From: Bugula neritina
Lineage: Eukaryota; Animalia; Bryozoa
NCBI GenBank assembly: GCA_964035545.1
Contig: OZ037768.1
Location: 6,170,741 to 6,234,740 of the forward strand
Length of the DNA: 64,000 nt
Direction: 5' to 3'
Below are positions 1 to 14,012 of the stretch, one piece after another. Both the position numbers and the translations under genes were made by a program. Below the pieces are notes generated by a model. That model did not search any database. It worked only from the letters and a program-made list of their open reading frames with translations, and was not told where the DNA came from. Numbering within the stretch: the first letter of the stretch is position 1; each line of letters starts with the position of its first letter.

Positions 1-48
1 GGCACAGGAGTGATTGTGATCAGATGTTTTTATTGATACCATCAATGG

Positions 49-111
49 TCATGCTGTGATTTGAGCCGGTTACCTAGACCATTGCTCTAACCACTAGGCA
101 ACAGAGGCTCC
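49..111 (-). mobile_element. Degenerate tRNA-derived SINE head or tRNA pseudogene fragment in an intron
   Basis: Minus strand reads GGAGCCTCTGTTGCCTAGTGGTTAGAGCAATGGTCTAGGTAACCGGCTCAAATCACAGC. It has an A-box/D-arm-like TTGCCTAGTGGTTAGAGC and a B-box-like GGCTCAAATC, with shortened spacing and no full cloverleaf. Confidence 0.4.
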
Positions 112-350
112 TTTTAACTATTTATGTAAACATGTGACTACGATTTAAACTAAATTAGGTTATAAATCACACTGTATTATACAAAGCTGATAAATTTTCA
201 TGTGGCTAGATTGCCAGCGGTTAGCAGAAATTTTGTCTATCATCAATTTTATTGAGTTGGCAGTATTTTAAATAACCTATTCATAAAGAGTAAACATACA
301 ACAGGCATTACAGCACATGTTAAAACATTTTTCACTACTGTAAATTCTCA

Positions 351-3300
351 CCTCTTCATTGTCATACTGATGCTGCTCTTTATACGAGAGGAAATCATTG
401 TGCAAGTTTGCACATCTCTCCTCACTACTTGCACACTACAAGCACACACTACAGTACAGCTGGGGTCATAAAAAAAAGCAGGTAAAAGCTAAAGACTCAA
501 CCAAATAGTTGAAAATAAGTAATGGTACATGCAAATAAACCAGTTTATTAACATGCATCTATATTAAATCTTGTATTTATGGTGCTTTGGTGAAATATTC
601 AAGCACCCACTTTAGGCTCAGTTAATTATTTGTTACAAATTATGCTACTCTAAATAATAGCTCTGGAGATAATCAAAAAGAAGACAATCAGCAAATCATG
701 TATCAGTGGCGTGGCAATTTGATTAAATTCAACGCAAAAAACAATTTTAATGATGAACACTGAGAAAAAGCGAACTCGAGAAAATCCAACTGCATTGTTA
801 CTAAATCATTTCTATATATGCCGGGCTCAAAGTTATGAGATAAAGGTGTAAAGTAACCAATCGCAATGCATGCCATGCAACATACAGAGATAGATCTCGT
901 TTCAGGCAATGATGTATAACTATTACTTAAAGCTGCCACACAAATAAAAGCTAAAAGCACACATGTATGTCTACTGATAACATCTAATAACTTTAATATA
1001 AAATTTATCCGGCTGCTTGAAAAAGCAAAGCTTAGTCTAACCTCAGCTACTCTCTGTTCCAGTTTACTTCTCAACCTCTGAACATTCGACTCATAGTCCG
1101 CTATCTTGTCATGTGACTTGGTCAGCTCTTCCTGCAGGGCTGTGATCTCATTGGTCAATCTTTCTATCATCTCTTCCCGATGCTGAACTTCTCTCTCCAC
1201 ATCCTTCACCTTGTTAGCCATGTTGGTTATTTCTTTTCCTAGCTTTTTGATTTCCTCATCTTTTATAGTGTTCTAAACAATTAGTAGACAACATTGATTC
1301 AAAATTCTAATTTATAACCAACAATGAAGTATCAAATATCATTTATTCAAAATAATACAGGAATCTTATTTAAATACATAAGCTAGATGACTTGCTAAGA
1401 GATAAACATACATTGCCTCGACATTCTGCCAGTTTGCTCTGCAAGCCTTGCTGGTCTTGCATCAGACTTTTAGCATGCTTGTTTCCAGCTAATAGCTTGT
1501 GTTCCAGAACTTCTACCTAGAGTTGAGAATAGCGACAATCAATACAGAAAACTTTATAAAGCTGGAACAGCAAAGATATGGGGGAAGGAAATCAGTTTTT
1601 GGGATACATCTTCATAACTTACCAGCATACTACCTACTTGAACAATGTAAGTCATCAGATGTGTTAAATGAGCATTAGTAAACAGCTGGTCTGAAGTTTG
1701 AAAAAACTAAACTTTATTTTGCCGAAAACTAGCACATTTATTAAAATTTATACGTTTGATAAGAGTTTTAAGGCTGATTTACATGTAAGAGTGTGAGATA
1801 GAATGTTGGCACTGGGTGGGGGAGCTATTTTCTCACCTGCTGCTGCCATTTTGCTGAGCCTGTTTTTTCATGCTGTACACTCATCTCTAGTCTGCTGATC
1901 TCCTCTCTTGCTTCATCCAATGTCTTTTCCATTTCAGATAAGAGTTGTCCTCTACTGGACAGCTACACCCAAATGAACGTGGAGCTAATTAATTCCGTCC
2001 AACATCATTTTCAACATCAAGTTCAGTATGAAAAGACTTTCATCAAAGATGAATGTTGAAAATTAAATACGATTTTCAACAATTTATTATTATTTTTCCT
2101 ATATGAAGTATAACAACACAGACGTATTACTGTATTAGGCTCCTATCCAATTTCAACAGTAAAAATGCTAGTAAAGTTTTTGTTGTACATCCTTGCTACA
2201 TTCCAACATACAAAAACACAGACGTATGACTGTATTGGATATCAACCTGCTGTCGCGCTGCCTCACAATCACTCTTCCACTGCTCTGCTGCATTCTCAGC
2301 CTCCCCCGTGAGCCCCTGCTGTGATGTCAGCTCACCCTGTAGACTGGCCACTTCGTCTCTGTTCACAGACAGCTGGTCCTGGACCAGTGCTATATCTTCC
2401 TTGTACCGTCTAATCTCATCCGTATGAGATGATCGGAGTTGTCTCATCTCATCTTGCAACGTTTCAATAGCAGAGACATGTCGTTTGGACTAAAACAGTA
2501 TTTGCTTAAACAATTGATTTTTAGAGCACATATTGTGACAACAAAACAAGCCTTCATGTGTTCTTATATCAAGCCATTTGTAAAACCGGATTTAACAGTT
2601 TGAACATCAAAAATACTCATATAGCAATAGGCTACTGCTAGGGAAAAATACGAGTTCTAATAATCCTTTACGTTTTTTGAATGGTAAATGATCAAACAGC
2701 AGGTAAGCAAAATATCCCCCATTTAATGCCATAAAAATCTGTAGAGGAAATTAGTCAATGCGAGACACAAAATCTGGACCTCTAGCAACTTAAGCAAGAC
2801 AAATACACGCAACACATAGTAGAGTAAAGCTGATCCTCCAAACACATAAAAATAGTGATTTTTCAGTTACATGCATATTACTGCTCACTCTTATTTGCTG
2901 TTTTTAATTTACTGATATCATGGCAATTGATTTTGATTTTAGTATTATATTATTATATTATAGAATACACTACCTCGTTTCTTGACATCTCTAACTCATG
3001 TTTCAACTCGTTTACTGTGATGGCCTGGTTGTTTACCTGACAAAAAAATTATTCTGAAATATTACTCTGTAAATCAATCGTCACAGTAAAAATTGCTGAC
3101 CATGAATTCATGCAGATTAACTTCTCTTATTGATGTATCACAGCAAAGAATAGAAATTACCTCCTCCGTTTGTTTGTTCAACTTTATTTGGAGTTGTCTA
3201 CTTTCTGCCTCTAGTTTCTGTATCTTATCTTTTTGAGAGTTAATTTTCTCTTGACGGTCATTTGACTCTTCCAGTGTGACGGTATACTTATGCTCCATGT

Positions 3301-6300
3301 GGTCCAAATCTTCCTGCAGCTTCAGTATAACAGCATCTCTTGCATTCACCTGAAATTAAAGTAATCAAGGACTATTGCTTGTGAATGACAAAGTTCTAAG
3401 ACAACAAGTTGCTTATACAACAAGGACAATATGCCCACACCTGGTATAAATTGTGCAAGTTGAAACAACAAATTTATGCAGATTAGAATATAACCAGCAA
3501 CCAATTATTGCATTGACCGCTGCGAATCGTGCATATTTTCAAAATTATTTATTATTATTTATTAATTTATTTATTTGTGACAACAACTTATTGTTTGTAG
3601 TTTGTAGGTGTCTGTTTTTTACCAAAAACATGAGCCACTAATTTATTTATGATGAGTTTCAAAAATATATTTGCAAAACTCGCAGCCTGAATTATTCACT
3701 CTAATTCCATTCCTTTATATTTGCCTAGTCCTAATAAATGAAGCAGATAAGGTTGATAGTCCAAGGAAAGTAAATTGTCCAACAGCTAAAAGTAAATTGT
3801 AAATCCTAAATATGATTGATTAATTGACCAGAAAGATATATTTAGAGAACATTGCATTTGGAGTTATCAAATCCCACCTCTTGTTGACATGTTTTGTTCT
3901 TCTGCTGAGACACGGTGAGTTCAATCTCAAACTTGTGCACCGTCTGCTCCAGCTCTTGTATCCGGTGAGTGGACTGCTGCAACTTCTGAGACACATTACT
4001 CATCTCATTTCTTTCAGCCTCTAGTTCAGATTCATACTGGTCTCTCTACAATAGAATGCGAAAGGGGTGCGGCAAGCCTTCGTGGTTTTAAAGTGTATAA
4101 TAAAACTGTCAGGTTTATTACGATAAATGTATATGAGTTCAACATTTCAAAGAAGCTCTAGATGCAGCACATAGTTACAAATGAGTCATTTTATCGTTTG
4201 ATAAAGACAGTTCATTATATTACTGTAACTAAATGAAGCTACCAGCAGAGTAATCACAATTATACTCAACTCGCTGAATAGAGATTACATGTTAGAATCT
4301 TGCTGCTTTGTGATTTTATGTTAGTTATAATGGAGTCAACTAAAATAATATAAATATTAGAATATTGTTAGGTTCTGCAGATATTTCACTGCTGCTAGCA
4401 TTACTACAGAGGGTTAAGGTAACTCGCTATTCTTATATTTATCTTTAGTCACATGACCATTCTCAACTTATTGCAAGTATCTTACTTGAGTTTTGCAGGT
4501 ACTTAATTCCCTTCTCAAGTCTGAGCTAAGTTTGTCAAGACGGTTCATCTCTGCTTTGAGTGTAGCCGTAGTATCGTTCTGTTTCTGTTTAGTCTGTGAA
4601 ATGGTCAACTGCTGATCAGCTAGAGACGTCTGCAACTTGCTGTGAGTTTCGTGCAGACGTTCCAGCTCTTTGGTCTTCTGCTCCAACTTCCTTTCGACTT
4701 GCAGCAACTTGTTCTGCAGGTTTCTTGTCTCAACTTCACTCGAGTGCATCTGTGTGACACGAACAGTAAATGTCTAACACATAGCAGAGAGTGGGCAATA
4801 TTCATCGCTTTTGTAATATAAAACAGCAGCACTCTTTTAACAAAACAATGAACTTCAATAATCCAATGATCGCAGCCAATGTTTCAGCTACTTATGGTAT
4901 TTCACAACTAATACTCTTCTGTGATATTCTTCAGAAAACCAACAACATTCACAAATAACTAAAAAAAGTTTTCTTTAATAAATTTAACAAAAATAAGACG
5001 CAATACAACATATTTAACATTCATTATATAATTTGACTGAGTAAAACGTGTAACCTGTTGGTGCAATTGATCAGCTTTGACTTTCAGCGTAGAAATCTTT
5101 TCCTGATGTTTGATCGTATCATCTTCTCTCACAGCTAACTATAAAGTCATTTAAAAATTCTTATATTCAAATATAAGTTATAGAAACGGATGCAAATTTT
5201 CTGATCACTCATGTTTACAGAAAATGCAATACGCTAAAACCTGATAATACAAGTTACTCGTAGTAACATCTGATTGGACATGGTACAGCATAATTGATTT
5301 CATATATCTGGACTGACCAGAAAAATAGTGTAAAATGGGAAAAACTCTGCTTAATAGTAAAGGAGGGACAACTCCTATTAACAACAGCTTTCCCACACAG
5401 CTAGTTACAGTTAATAGTATAACATGGAAACCTATCAAGTCAACAAGCAGAATATTCAGTAAATTATTACAGTTTGTGTGAGATCATCTTTAGCTCCAGT
5501 AACTGCTTTCAGTTCAGCAGACAGCTTTTGCACCTGCTCACTAAGAGAGAGAATATCTTGAGTCTGACCTGCGCATTTCCTCTCCTTCTCACCCAGTTCT
5601 GCACTCAGTTCACTCAGCTAAAGTAACAGCAAGCAACACCATGCACAAACAAAGTGCTTATTGCATTTCAACTACCTATGTATAAAAATCTCTATTTTAC
5701 TATTTAATTCATAGTATTTAATAATAAATTTTATTGAAAAACTGACAAATGCACAGCAGTACATTTTTCTGCAAAAAATTAAAAATTGTAGATTTTATCA
5801 TGCGAATAGAATTGACTCACTGAGAAAATACAATCTTAATTTTTAGCAATTAATTTTTAATAAGTAATAAATTTCTACAGTGATTGTTTCAATGAATCAA
5901 ATCAGCAGTAACCAAAGCTAAATAGTTACAAGTATAGTTTCTTTAGAGTAGAAAAGCTAATAGCAGACATTTTATGCTTCTATCAATCCAACGATTTTTA
6001 TAATAACTATATATTATAAACACATCTATATTCATTAATTGTATATTTTCTACAGATAAAAGGGTGTAAGAACCTGTCGCTGTTTGATCTCATTATCCAA
6101 GACGACACCCCGATTCTTTTCAGACAGCACTTCTACCTTGTCGTGTAGCCTTCTGCATTGATCTTCTTGCCTAGCCTGAGTTTCCTGTATCTTAGCCTTC
6201 TCTGCTCTCACAGCACTGAGTTCAGATTCACAAACAGCCAACTAGTGATAAAATAAACATGTCTGTTACATTGAGGTGCACAGTAGAACCAAGCACTTTG

Positions 6301-9300
6301 ACATAGCACTGGCTGAAGAGATCATTGAATGTCCACATGACTTTAATAGTTAGTGTATACTTCAAAAGACAACCTATTGATTGGAAAATAACATATATTT
6401 TCAGATGCTATTTTAATTAGTAGATAACTTCTTTTAAATATCAGGATAAATATACAAACTATTGAAACATCTTATTTTCAGATATTATTTTTAAATTCTA
6501 AGATAAATATATAAACAGTATATTATTTAATGCTCAGTTTATACTTAAAATCCATTGATCTAAAAATAACACATTTTCAAATACTATTTTAAATATTAGG
6601 TAATTTTCTAAACAAGAAGATAAATATATAACTAGTATATTATTGCATATATTTACTGTGAGTCAGTGAGAAACATACCTGCTGACTAAGCGAGTCAGCA
6701 TCAGTCTGGAAGTTTATCTGGAGAGCTCTCAGCTGAGCCTCTAGTTTACCATTCTCTGTGAGAGTCTGCTCGTGTTGAGAAGTCAGCATATCATAGTCAG
6801 ATTTCAGTTTCTTCTGCTCCTTCAACTGCTGCTTCAGCTATCATGTAGACAACATAAACAGTTATAGATATATATTATGGTACAAGCATGACTTTTCATT
6901 CTCATTATTTAGCGAAAGCTAGTAATGTGTAAGAAAAATATTTTAAACTGAAATTTAAAGCAGTTCAACAGAAAAACCTTTGCGAGTAAAAATAACTGTT
7001 TCTCCATGGCAGATGCATCAAAGTTAGATACATCATACACAGCTGATGTTTATTATTAGAAGTGTAAGGCTAACATCGTTCATGTGCGACACATAATATC
7101 CAATAGTCAAATACAAAACAACAGACAATACCTGAATAGTAAAACACTGATTGGCACACTAAGCATACATTTATGAAATGCATGCTTACCTCTTTATCTA
7201 GTTTATCATGTGACTCTTGTAACTGCGTGAACTTCTTAGAGAGATCTGTGTGTGTAGTTGTCATAGACTCAATAGATTGCTGCTTGGCAGCATTTTGCTG
7301 AGAGTACTGTTCTAGCTGAGCATTGAGAGAGGAGATCTGACTCTCTAGACTAGCTACTTTACTACTCAAAGTCTTTTCCTTGCTCACGCCATCTTGTAAA
7401 GCTTCTTCTTTCTCCATCAGCTGATGTCTTAGCATTTGCTCCTCCTGATCGGACGTCACTCTCTTTTCCTACATCAACCAAACATTTACCATAGTCGACC
7501 ACTGTTAGCTTTTGAAAGTCTGTTACAAAAATTAAATTTTACTGTTAGCTTATATAAATTTGTTATAAAAATTCAACTTGATATCACCCTAGTTTTACAT
7601 CTCATAAGATTTCCAGTACCTGTAGTTGCTGATTGGCCGTCTCTAGTTTTACTTCAGTAGCGGTAAGTTTCTCATTTGCTTCGGCTAGTCTTCGCTCGAC
7701 ATCAGAATGTTTGGCTTCAAGAGTGAACAACTGCAACATGCAAAAGTTGTATCAATTTAATTTAATCCTAATTTTCAGTGATCCAATGCAAAATCTTGCT
7801 GAACAAATTTTAAAATGGGCAGAGGTTAGATAGCTGTTATGCATGTTTTTATAAGAATTAGTAGTGCCAGTATAATTGGATGGATAAAACAAATATAATG
7901 ATAGATAAAAGTCAGTTTGACTACTAGAATTGTATATCCACAGCTGTTATAATTGCTTTAGATAGGTAAGAAAGCAACAAAAGAGAGTTCTAATAGTCAG
8001 CTGCACTAACTAACATCTCCAGACAAGCTACAGAAGCTACCTTACCTCTGATTTAGAAGATGTATAGTCTTCCTTCAAGCCTTCTAACAAGTCTTTCTGC
8101 TCTCTGCAAACTCTTTCTGACTCCTCTAACCTCTTCTCATATTCAGCAACCTTGCCTCTGAGAGCCGAGAGCTCTAGCTGCTTATCTACCACCTCATTGG
8201 CTAAATTCTTCTGCTGGTCTCGCGTATTTGATTCAAGTTGCTGCATGCCGTTACTCACTCTATCAAGCTGACCATAATAACAATATTTACAAATAATAGT
8301 TCCAAGAACAAATTAATCTAAATAATTGGTTGCAAATAAAGTTGCACATGTCATAGACAATATTCCAGTAATGAAATCGTTTAAACACATAGATAGCTTG
8401 AAGATGAGCACCATTCATGGCTTGTGCGCCTTGACTAGCTGTAATGCTATTACGCCATATAGCCATTAATAATTTTATTTTTATGTTATATGCCTTTTTT
8501 CCTTTCACTACTGACCAAATTTAACCAAATAAACAAACAAAACTAAAAATGTCGTCACTTTTTTTTCAAAAGAATGTTGACAACGTATCCAATATGATTC
8601 GATACAAACCTGATTCAATGTTGACACATGTTCATCTTGGAGAGACGTAAGTTCTGCCTCCAGACGAGCAATCTGGGCTGCCATCTGAGCACACTCCAAA
8701 TGACTGGCGTGGTAAGATTTCTCCATCTTCTCAAACTCTGTTCGAAGTTCACTAACCTCAGACTCATAATGCTTCACCTGCAGCAGGATAATGCAAAATG
8801 CGTTCCCTGCAGTCCTTTTATTGTGTATATATATATTTAAATAAAGCCTTGCGTAGCACGTTCAGTAACATCTTTAAAAATTGGCAGAAAGAAAGTATAA
8901 AAAAATACTTCATATGCTCAATTAATAAATTCAACCATTTTTAAAAGATTTTAATGATAATTTTTAAAACTATTTACTAAACTTATAGTATAAATGTTTA
9001 TCACATGCTGTACAAGCAAGTACACACTCGAGGTAGCAAATCAACAACACACCAGCATAGCCCTTACCTTGTGAGAGAGAACTTTTGATTCATTTTCTTT
9101 GTCCTTGTGAGCAGAATCTAATACACTCAGCTGTTTATAGAGCAAACATAATTTCACAGTTAATTCACATCTACTACTACAAATACTAGCAATCTACCAA
9201 ACTCACAGCCACTCTCTTTATTCTTGGAAACACATCAATCCTATGACTAGCATTAGAAACATTCTGCCGAAAGATCTATGCAGCTTATTGAATTTATCAT

Positions 9301-12300
9301 TTAAACACTTCAGTCATATGAAATGCGTTTAAAATGCTAAATTTCAGCATTTATACAAAACTTATTGAAGCTGTCATTTATACCAATTACATATTAACAA
9401 CTGTATAATGATCATTTGTCTGAATAAGTAGAGAAAAGATGTTATATGTTATGAAGACTAAGTCACATGACTGAGAAGGTCAATAAACCAGATTCATCAA
9501 AATAGATTCAGCTTCTACAAAATATTAGCTTTTCCGGAAGTCACAAATATAACTACTGTACCTGGCTTTCTAATCGCTGCTTCTCACTCTCCAGTTTATT
9601 CATTTCTTCCCTGATCCCTTTCACTTGGACATCACGTCTAGATATTTCTATTTTTAGCAATTCAGTTCTATCATATAACTTCCTTTCAAGCTCATCACAC
9701 TTGGTGTTTACTTCACAAACCTGACAACCCAACAGATTTAAGTAGCCAATAATATTCAATAACACATAATAATATTTAATATTAATGGAAAGACAACTAG
9801 TTCTTGCAATCCTATTTCTACCAATATTTTGTAAGTTCTGAGAGCAACATAATTAAACCTTAAATGTAGTGATTATCTTATTATTTTTCTTATTTCATAC
9901 AATTGTTATTCAGAATATCGTTGCATTGTTATTCAAACAAATTTTTGCTTTTAAAAGTGAGGCTTTGCTTATTATTATCAAATCAACATAATATTATACA
10001 AACAAAGCTCTCTAGAATGCAGGTGTTCACATGTCACTACTACACCACACACTACCTGCTCTGTGTAGAGTTTAGCATCAGTTTCCAGAGTAGCTATTGT
10101 TTCCAATAGGTGAGTATTTTCATTCGTTTTCAATGAGAGTTCACCATGCAATGAAGTTATCTCCCTTTGCAGGTTAGCATTCCGCTGCTCTCTAGCCATA
10201 AGCTTTAAAATACATAACAAATATTTCCTATCACTATAAATGACTAATGGGAGTCCATTGCTACAGCTTACATTCTTGCAGCTATATAAGTATACTTGGG
10301 TAACATGCAGTATATATTTACTAGAAAAACTACGGCACAGGCAAAGCTTTAAAGGAGAGCAAGAATGGATCACAAGCTATTACATCTATAGTTAGCTACA
10401 TACACATAATGTTAATATTTGCTTTCTTACCTCTTGCTTCAAAGCATCTCTGCCAATCATTGCTGCTGACAATTCAGACTTTAACTTCATAACATTAACT
10501 TCGAGCTCAGTGATAGGACGAGAAGAGTCAGTGGGTGTGGTGGACTGAGAAGAGGGCGGGTTTAGCTGTGCAGGACACACAGTATACATACAAATACTGC
10601 TAGCAGCACATGTGCAATACCCAGTAGCAGGAACACAAGCATAGGGTCAGGCCAGCAACTAACCACTTTGTAGAAGTTATACTATAAATTGTTATGCTAT
10701 TTTATGCGTGCAGGTTAGAAATAATATCAATTGACTGAAAGACATGGTTAACTACCAAAAGATAGTTTCTAGTGTAAAAAAACACACTGAAACATGCGCA
10801 CACAGTTTCATTCGGATTGAGTTGTTTTGTGAAGAACCTACAAAAACCCACTTACTGTTGCCAATAGTTGATCATAATCAGCTCGAACAGCTCCTAGTTC
10901 AGCTTGTAACTGACCGATTGTTAAAGACTTTTGATTGATTTCCGCATTCAGCTCCTGTATTTTTGGACTTTGCCTTAAAATAGCAACAACCAACAACTTT
11001 TCAAGTTTCGAAAATGCAAACTAATAGAAAATAATGCTGACTATGAGAATATAACATTGTAAAGCGAGCGGTAAGTCTTAACTAAAATATGGAAGCAAAG
11101 TTACGACAAATATAGTCACTCACTTGAGTGGGGTACTTTCTCCAAACACTCGGTTAAAGTCAACTTTCCTAAGTTTAACAGCTTCCAGCTGCCAACGACC
11201 AGTCCTACGTGCGATGCTGATCACAGTGACTAATGAGTGTAGATCGTGCTCTAAGGCTGCTCTGTTGTCCTCAACCTCATTGTAACGGCGCTCCAGCCTC
11301 CGATAACGATCCTGGAGATCCTAGAAACACGTATTACGCTTTTTAAACCTATGTAAATTATGTGACAAATGTTGTAGAACACATGCAGTATGCATATTTT
11401 ACGAGCACAAAATATTTCTTATTGTAGCCCTAAAAAATTTTCAGTCAAGATTTCAATCGTGAAATTAAAAAATTTGAAAACTTTTTGTTTAAATTTTACT
11501 TGGAGCATTTGACCTAATTAATGAGCCATTACAGTTAACATGCCTGTCATTCCACCTCTAATGGCATGATTAGTTGGACTGGCAGATCAAGAAAACACAG
11601 TACCGATCTTTTCTCTTACTTTTAGTTGTGAACTTCAATAGTATTGTGAAATTATAAAACAGTTGAATACATCTACTTAGACTTTCCTATTTAAAATACA
11701 GGCTTAAAACCTGAAACTGACATGTAAGGGATATTTATATTAATCAAAACTCCAAAATCGAAGACAAAAAATATTTTAGGGAAAAATAGAGATAAACATG
11801 AATACCCCAATAATGTCCTCATGCTTCTTTTTAGCCGATACTGCAGATTGCAGTTCTACTTCATAACCTTTAGCTTTCTGATTGCATTCCTATTATACAA
11901 AATATTCAGATAGCTAAAGGCAAAATAATTAAATATCAAAGTAAACATACCGCTCCCCTCTGGGTCATTAAAAGAAAATTTAAAAACAACATTATCTGCA
12001 GTGAATATAGCATCACTAAAATAGACAAAAACATTATATTGATACGAATGTTATTTTGCAGTAAGTTCATGTTGAACAATATATTTATAATTTACAATTT
12101 AAAAATAATATTTTACGAAGTCATTTTGGATTGCTGCTTACCTTGGCAGTGAATACAGCTTTATTTAATTTTGCTTCCAAACTATTTACTCGGTCATTAG
12201 CTTCAGATTCCAGTTGTTCAACAGTCTGCACCAGCACTTCATTTTGTTCTCCCAGGTCTTTCACATAACTTTCATAAACCCTAACTTGAGCCTAGATAGC

Positions 12301-13740
12301 AAATTGTGATTCATGATTAAATTAAAAAAGCAATAAGACATACTAACTTTGCTATTATTTTAGATATATAAAAAAAGGCAAAATCACGTATATCTAAAAT
12401 ATAGTAGAGAAAGTATACACAAGAAAGTACTCTAAAACCAAACTAACACATTCAAAACAAAAAGATGTTGACACCAAAAAGTTAAAGAGCAAAAAGTGCC
12501 AATATATACACAGTTTAGTTGTTTTGGCAAGTGATTCACATTCATATAATAGAGTAGTTAGCACCCAGCTTTCTTTACTGCTTCACACCCTTTTGTTTAC
12601 CACTGAAAGTGTATGATCTATATCTCTTTCAAATTTAGCATCAAAAGAAATATTTAAAGCAATGAACTCCATTTTAAATATATTACTGATTGTAATACTA
12701 CCCTTGGTTAAACAACCTACTAACTAATTAAATGTAAATTACCAAAAAAATAAGCTGAAAAACACAAAATAATAATTATACTTTGGGACCAAAGAATTAA
12801 TGTATTTTGAAAGTTGAAGTACATTCAAACGCTTTATGAGCACATGAACAATCAATAAAGCCATAAGCACCAACATAACTTGCAAGAGTTTTGTTGTTGT
12901 ATACAATCTGTTTGCTATTGAACATATTAATTTAGTATTAAATAAAAAAAATCCTTGATATTTGGTGCTGAGGCTAAAACAAAGATTTTAAACCTCTGAA
13001 TAACTACTAACATTAATTTCAAAATTTTAATTTTCAATACTTTAGCAAATAAGCTACATGAAAGATTGCAATCAATCTGTACAAAAAGATATGGCTTCAA
13101 GTACATAAAATTATTTGACTGCAACCCACAGCTAGAAGCATAAAATTAACGGTAACATGACTTACTCACCTATTTTATTTGATTCTATTCAAGGGAGAAT
13201 CTATTTACTGTTCTAATATAAATACTTCTATTACTATTAGTACTTTGAATACAAAATTGGTATTACTACTACTAGAATGTTCCCAGTCAAGCATTCTATA
13301 TCTAATACAGTTACTAATGTACTAATATATTTAGATTTTAGACAATCACAATAGACACAGAACTACTACTAGTACTAATAGTAGCACTACTACTAGTGTT
13401 ACTAGTAGTAAAAGTAGTAGTAGTAGTAGTAGTACTAATGCTACTACTACTAGTAGTACTAGTGCTACTACTACTAGTAGTATTAGTACTAACTCTCTAA
13501 CTTCTAAGTCTAATTACTTTCCCTACTGGATGATAGAAAGCATTAAAACATATTGAAATATTTAAACCTACGGCTTACCTCATAATTCTGAATAATTTCT
13601 GTTGAATATGGGTTATCGTCGTGTTCTATGGTATTATCCGCCTTTATTTTGGCTTTCAACTTGCCAAGCCTGCCTTCGTAGAGATTTTTAAACTCTCCTA
13701 GCAAGCCTTGCATGCGATGGCTTGGCGGCTTGTGAGCCAT
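351..13740 (-). CDS. Large multi-exon coiled-coil protein (3' end beyond window start); family not securely identified
   Basis: ATG at 13740 (MAHKPPSHRMQGLLGEFKNLYEGRL...), exon 1 13740-13579 ending at GAG|GTAAGC, exon 2 12291-12142 (AQVRVYESYVKDLGEQNEVLVQTVEQLE...). More than 20 further GT-AG exons, mostly phase 0 where checked, encode E/K/Q/L-rich heptad sequence (ORF-track fragments 703-10589). The last visible exon ends at a donor near 350. Confidence 0.85.
13362..13491. repeat. Mixed (TAG)n/(CTA)n microsatellite with nested inverted repeats
   Basis: AGTACTAATA (13371-80) and TATTAGTACT (13481-90) are exact reverse complements, as are GTAGCACTA (13381-89) and TAGTGCTAC (13460-68). TAG and CTA runs lie between them. 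Confidence 0.8.
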
Positions 13741-14012
13741 GTTTATTTTAGTCTGTTATTGCAAGACATATCAAATTGTTTATATGTCATATACCAAAAA
13801 GAATTTCCATAACAAGTGCTATTAAAATCGCTGCATATTAGTTTTTCATTATGAAACTAGTATGGAGGAAGCCAAGCAATCAAGTTGTTGTCAGGTTAAA
13901 TTATCCGCTGTTATGACGCTTCTCGCGTAGCATCCAATAGTGCGAGAAATATACGTCATTTGTTGCCCAAGTGTCATAGCGGTAAGTGGCTAACAGTACT
14001 ATCAATAGTATC
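13741..14012. promoter_or_regulatory. Putative bidirectional promoter (coiled-coil gene / DNAJC7)
   Basis: Divergent ATGs at 13740 (-) and 14013 (+) are separated by 272 bp. The CpG-containing core is symmetric: ATGACG (13913) ... TTCTCGC (13920) ... CCAAT (13934) ... GCGAGAA (13942) ... CGTCAT (13954). Confidence 0.65.
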
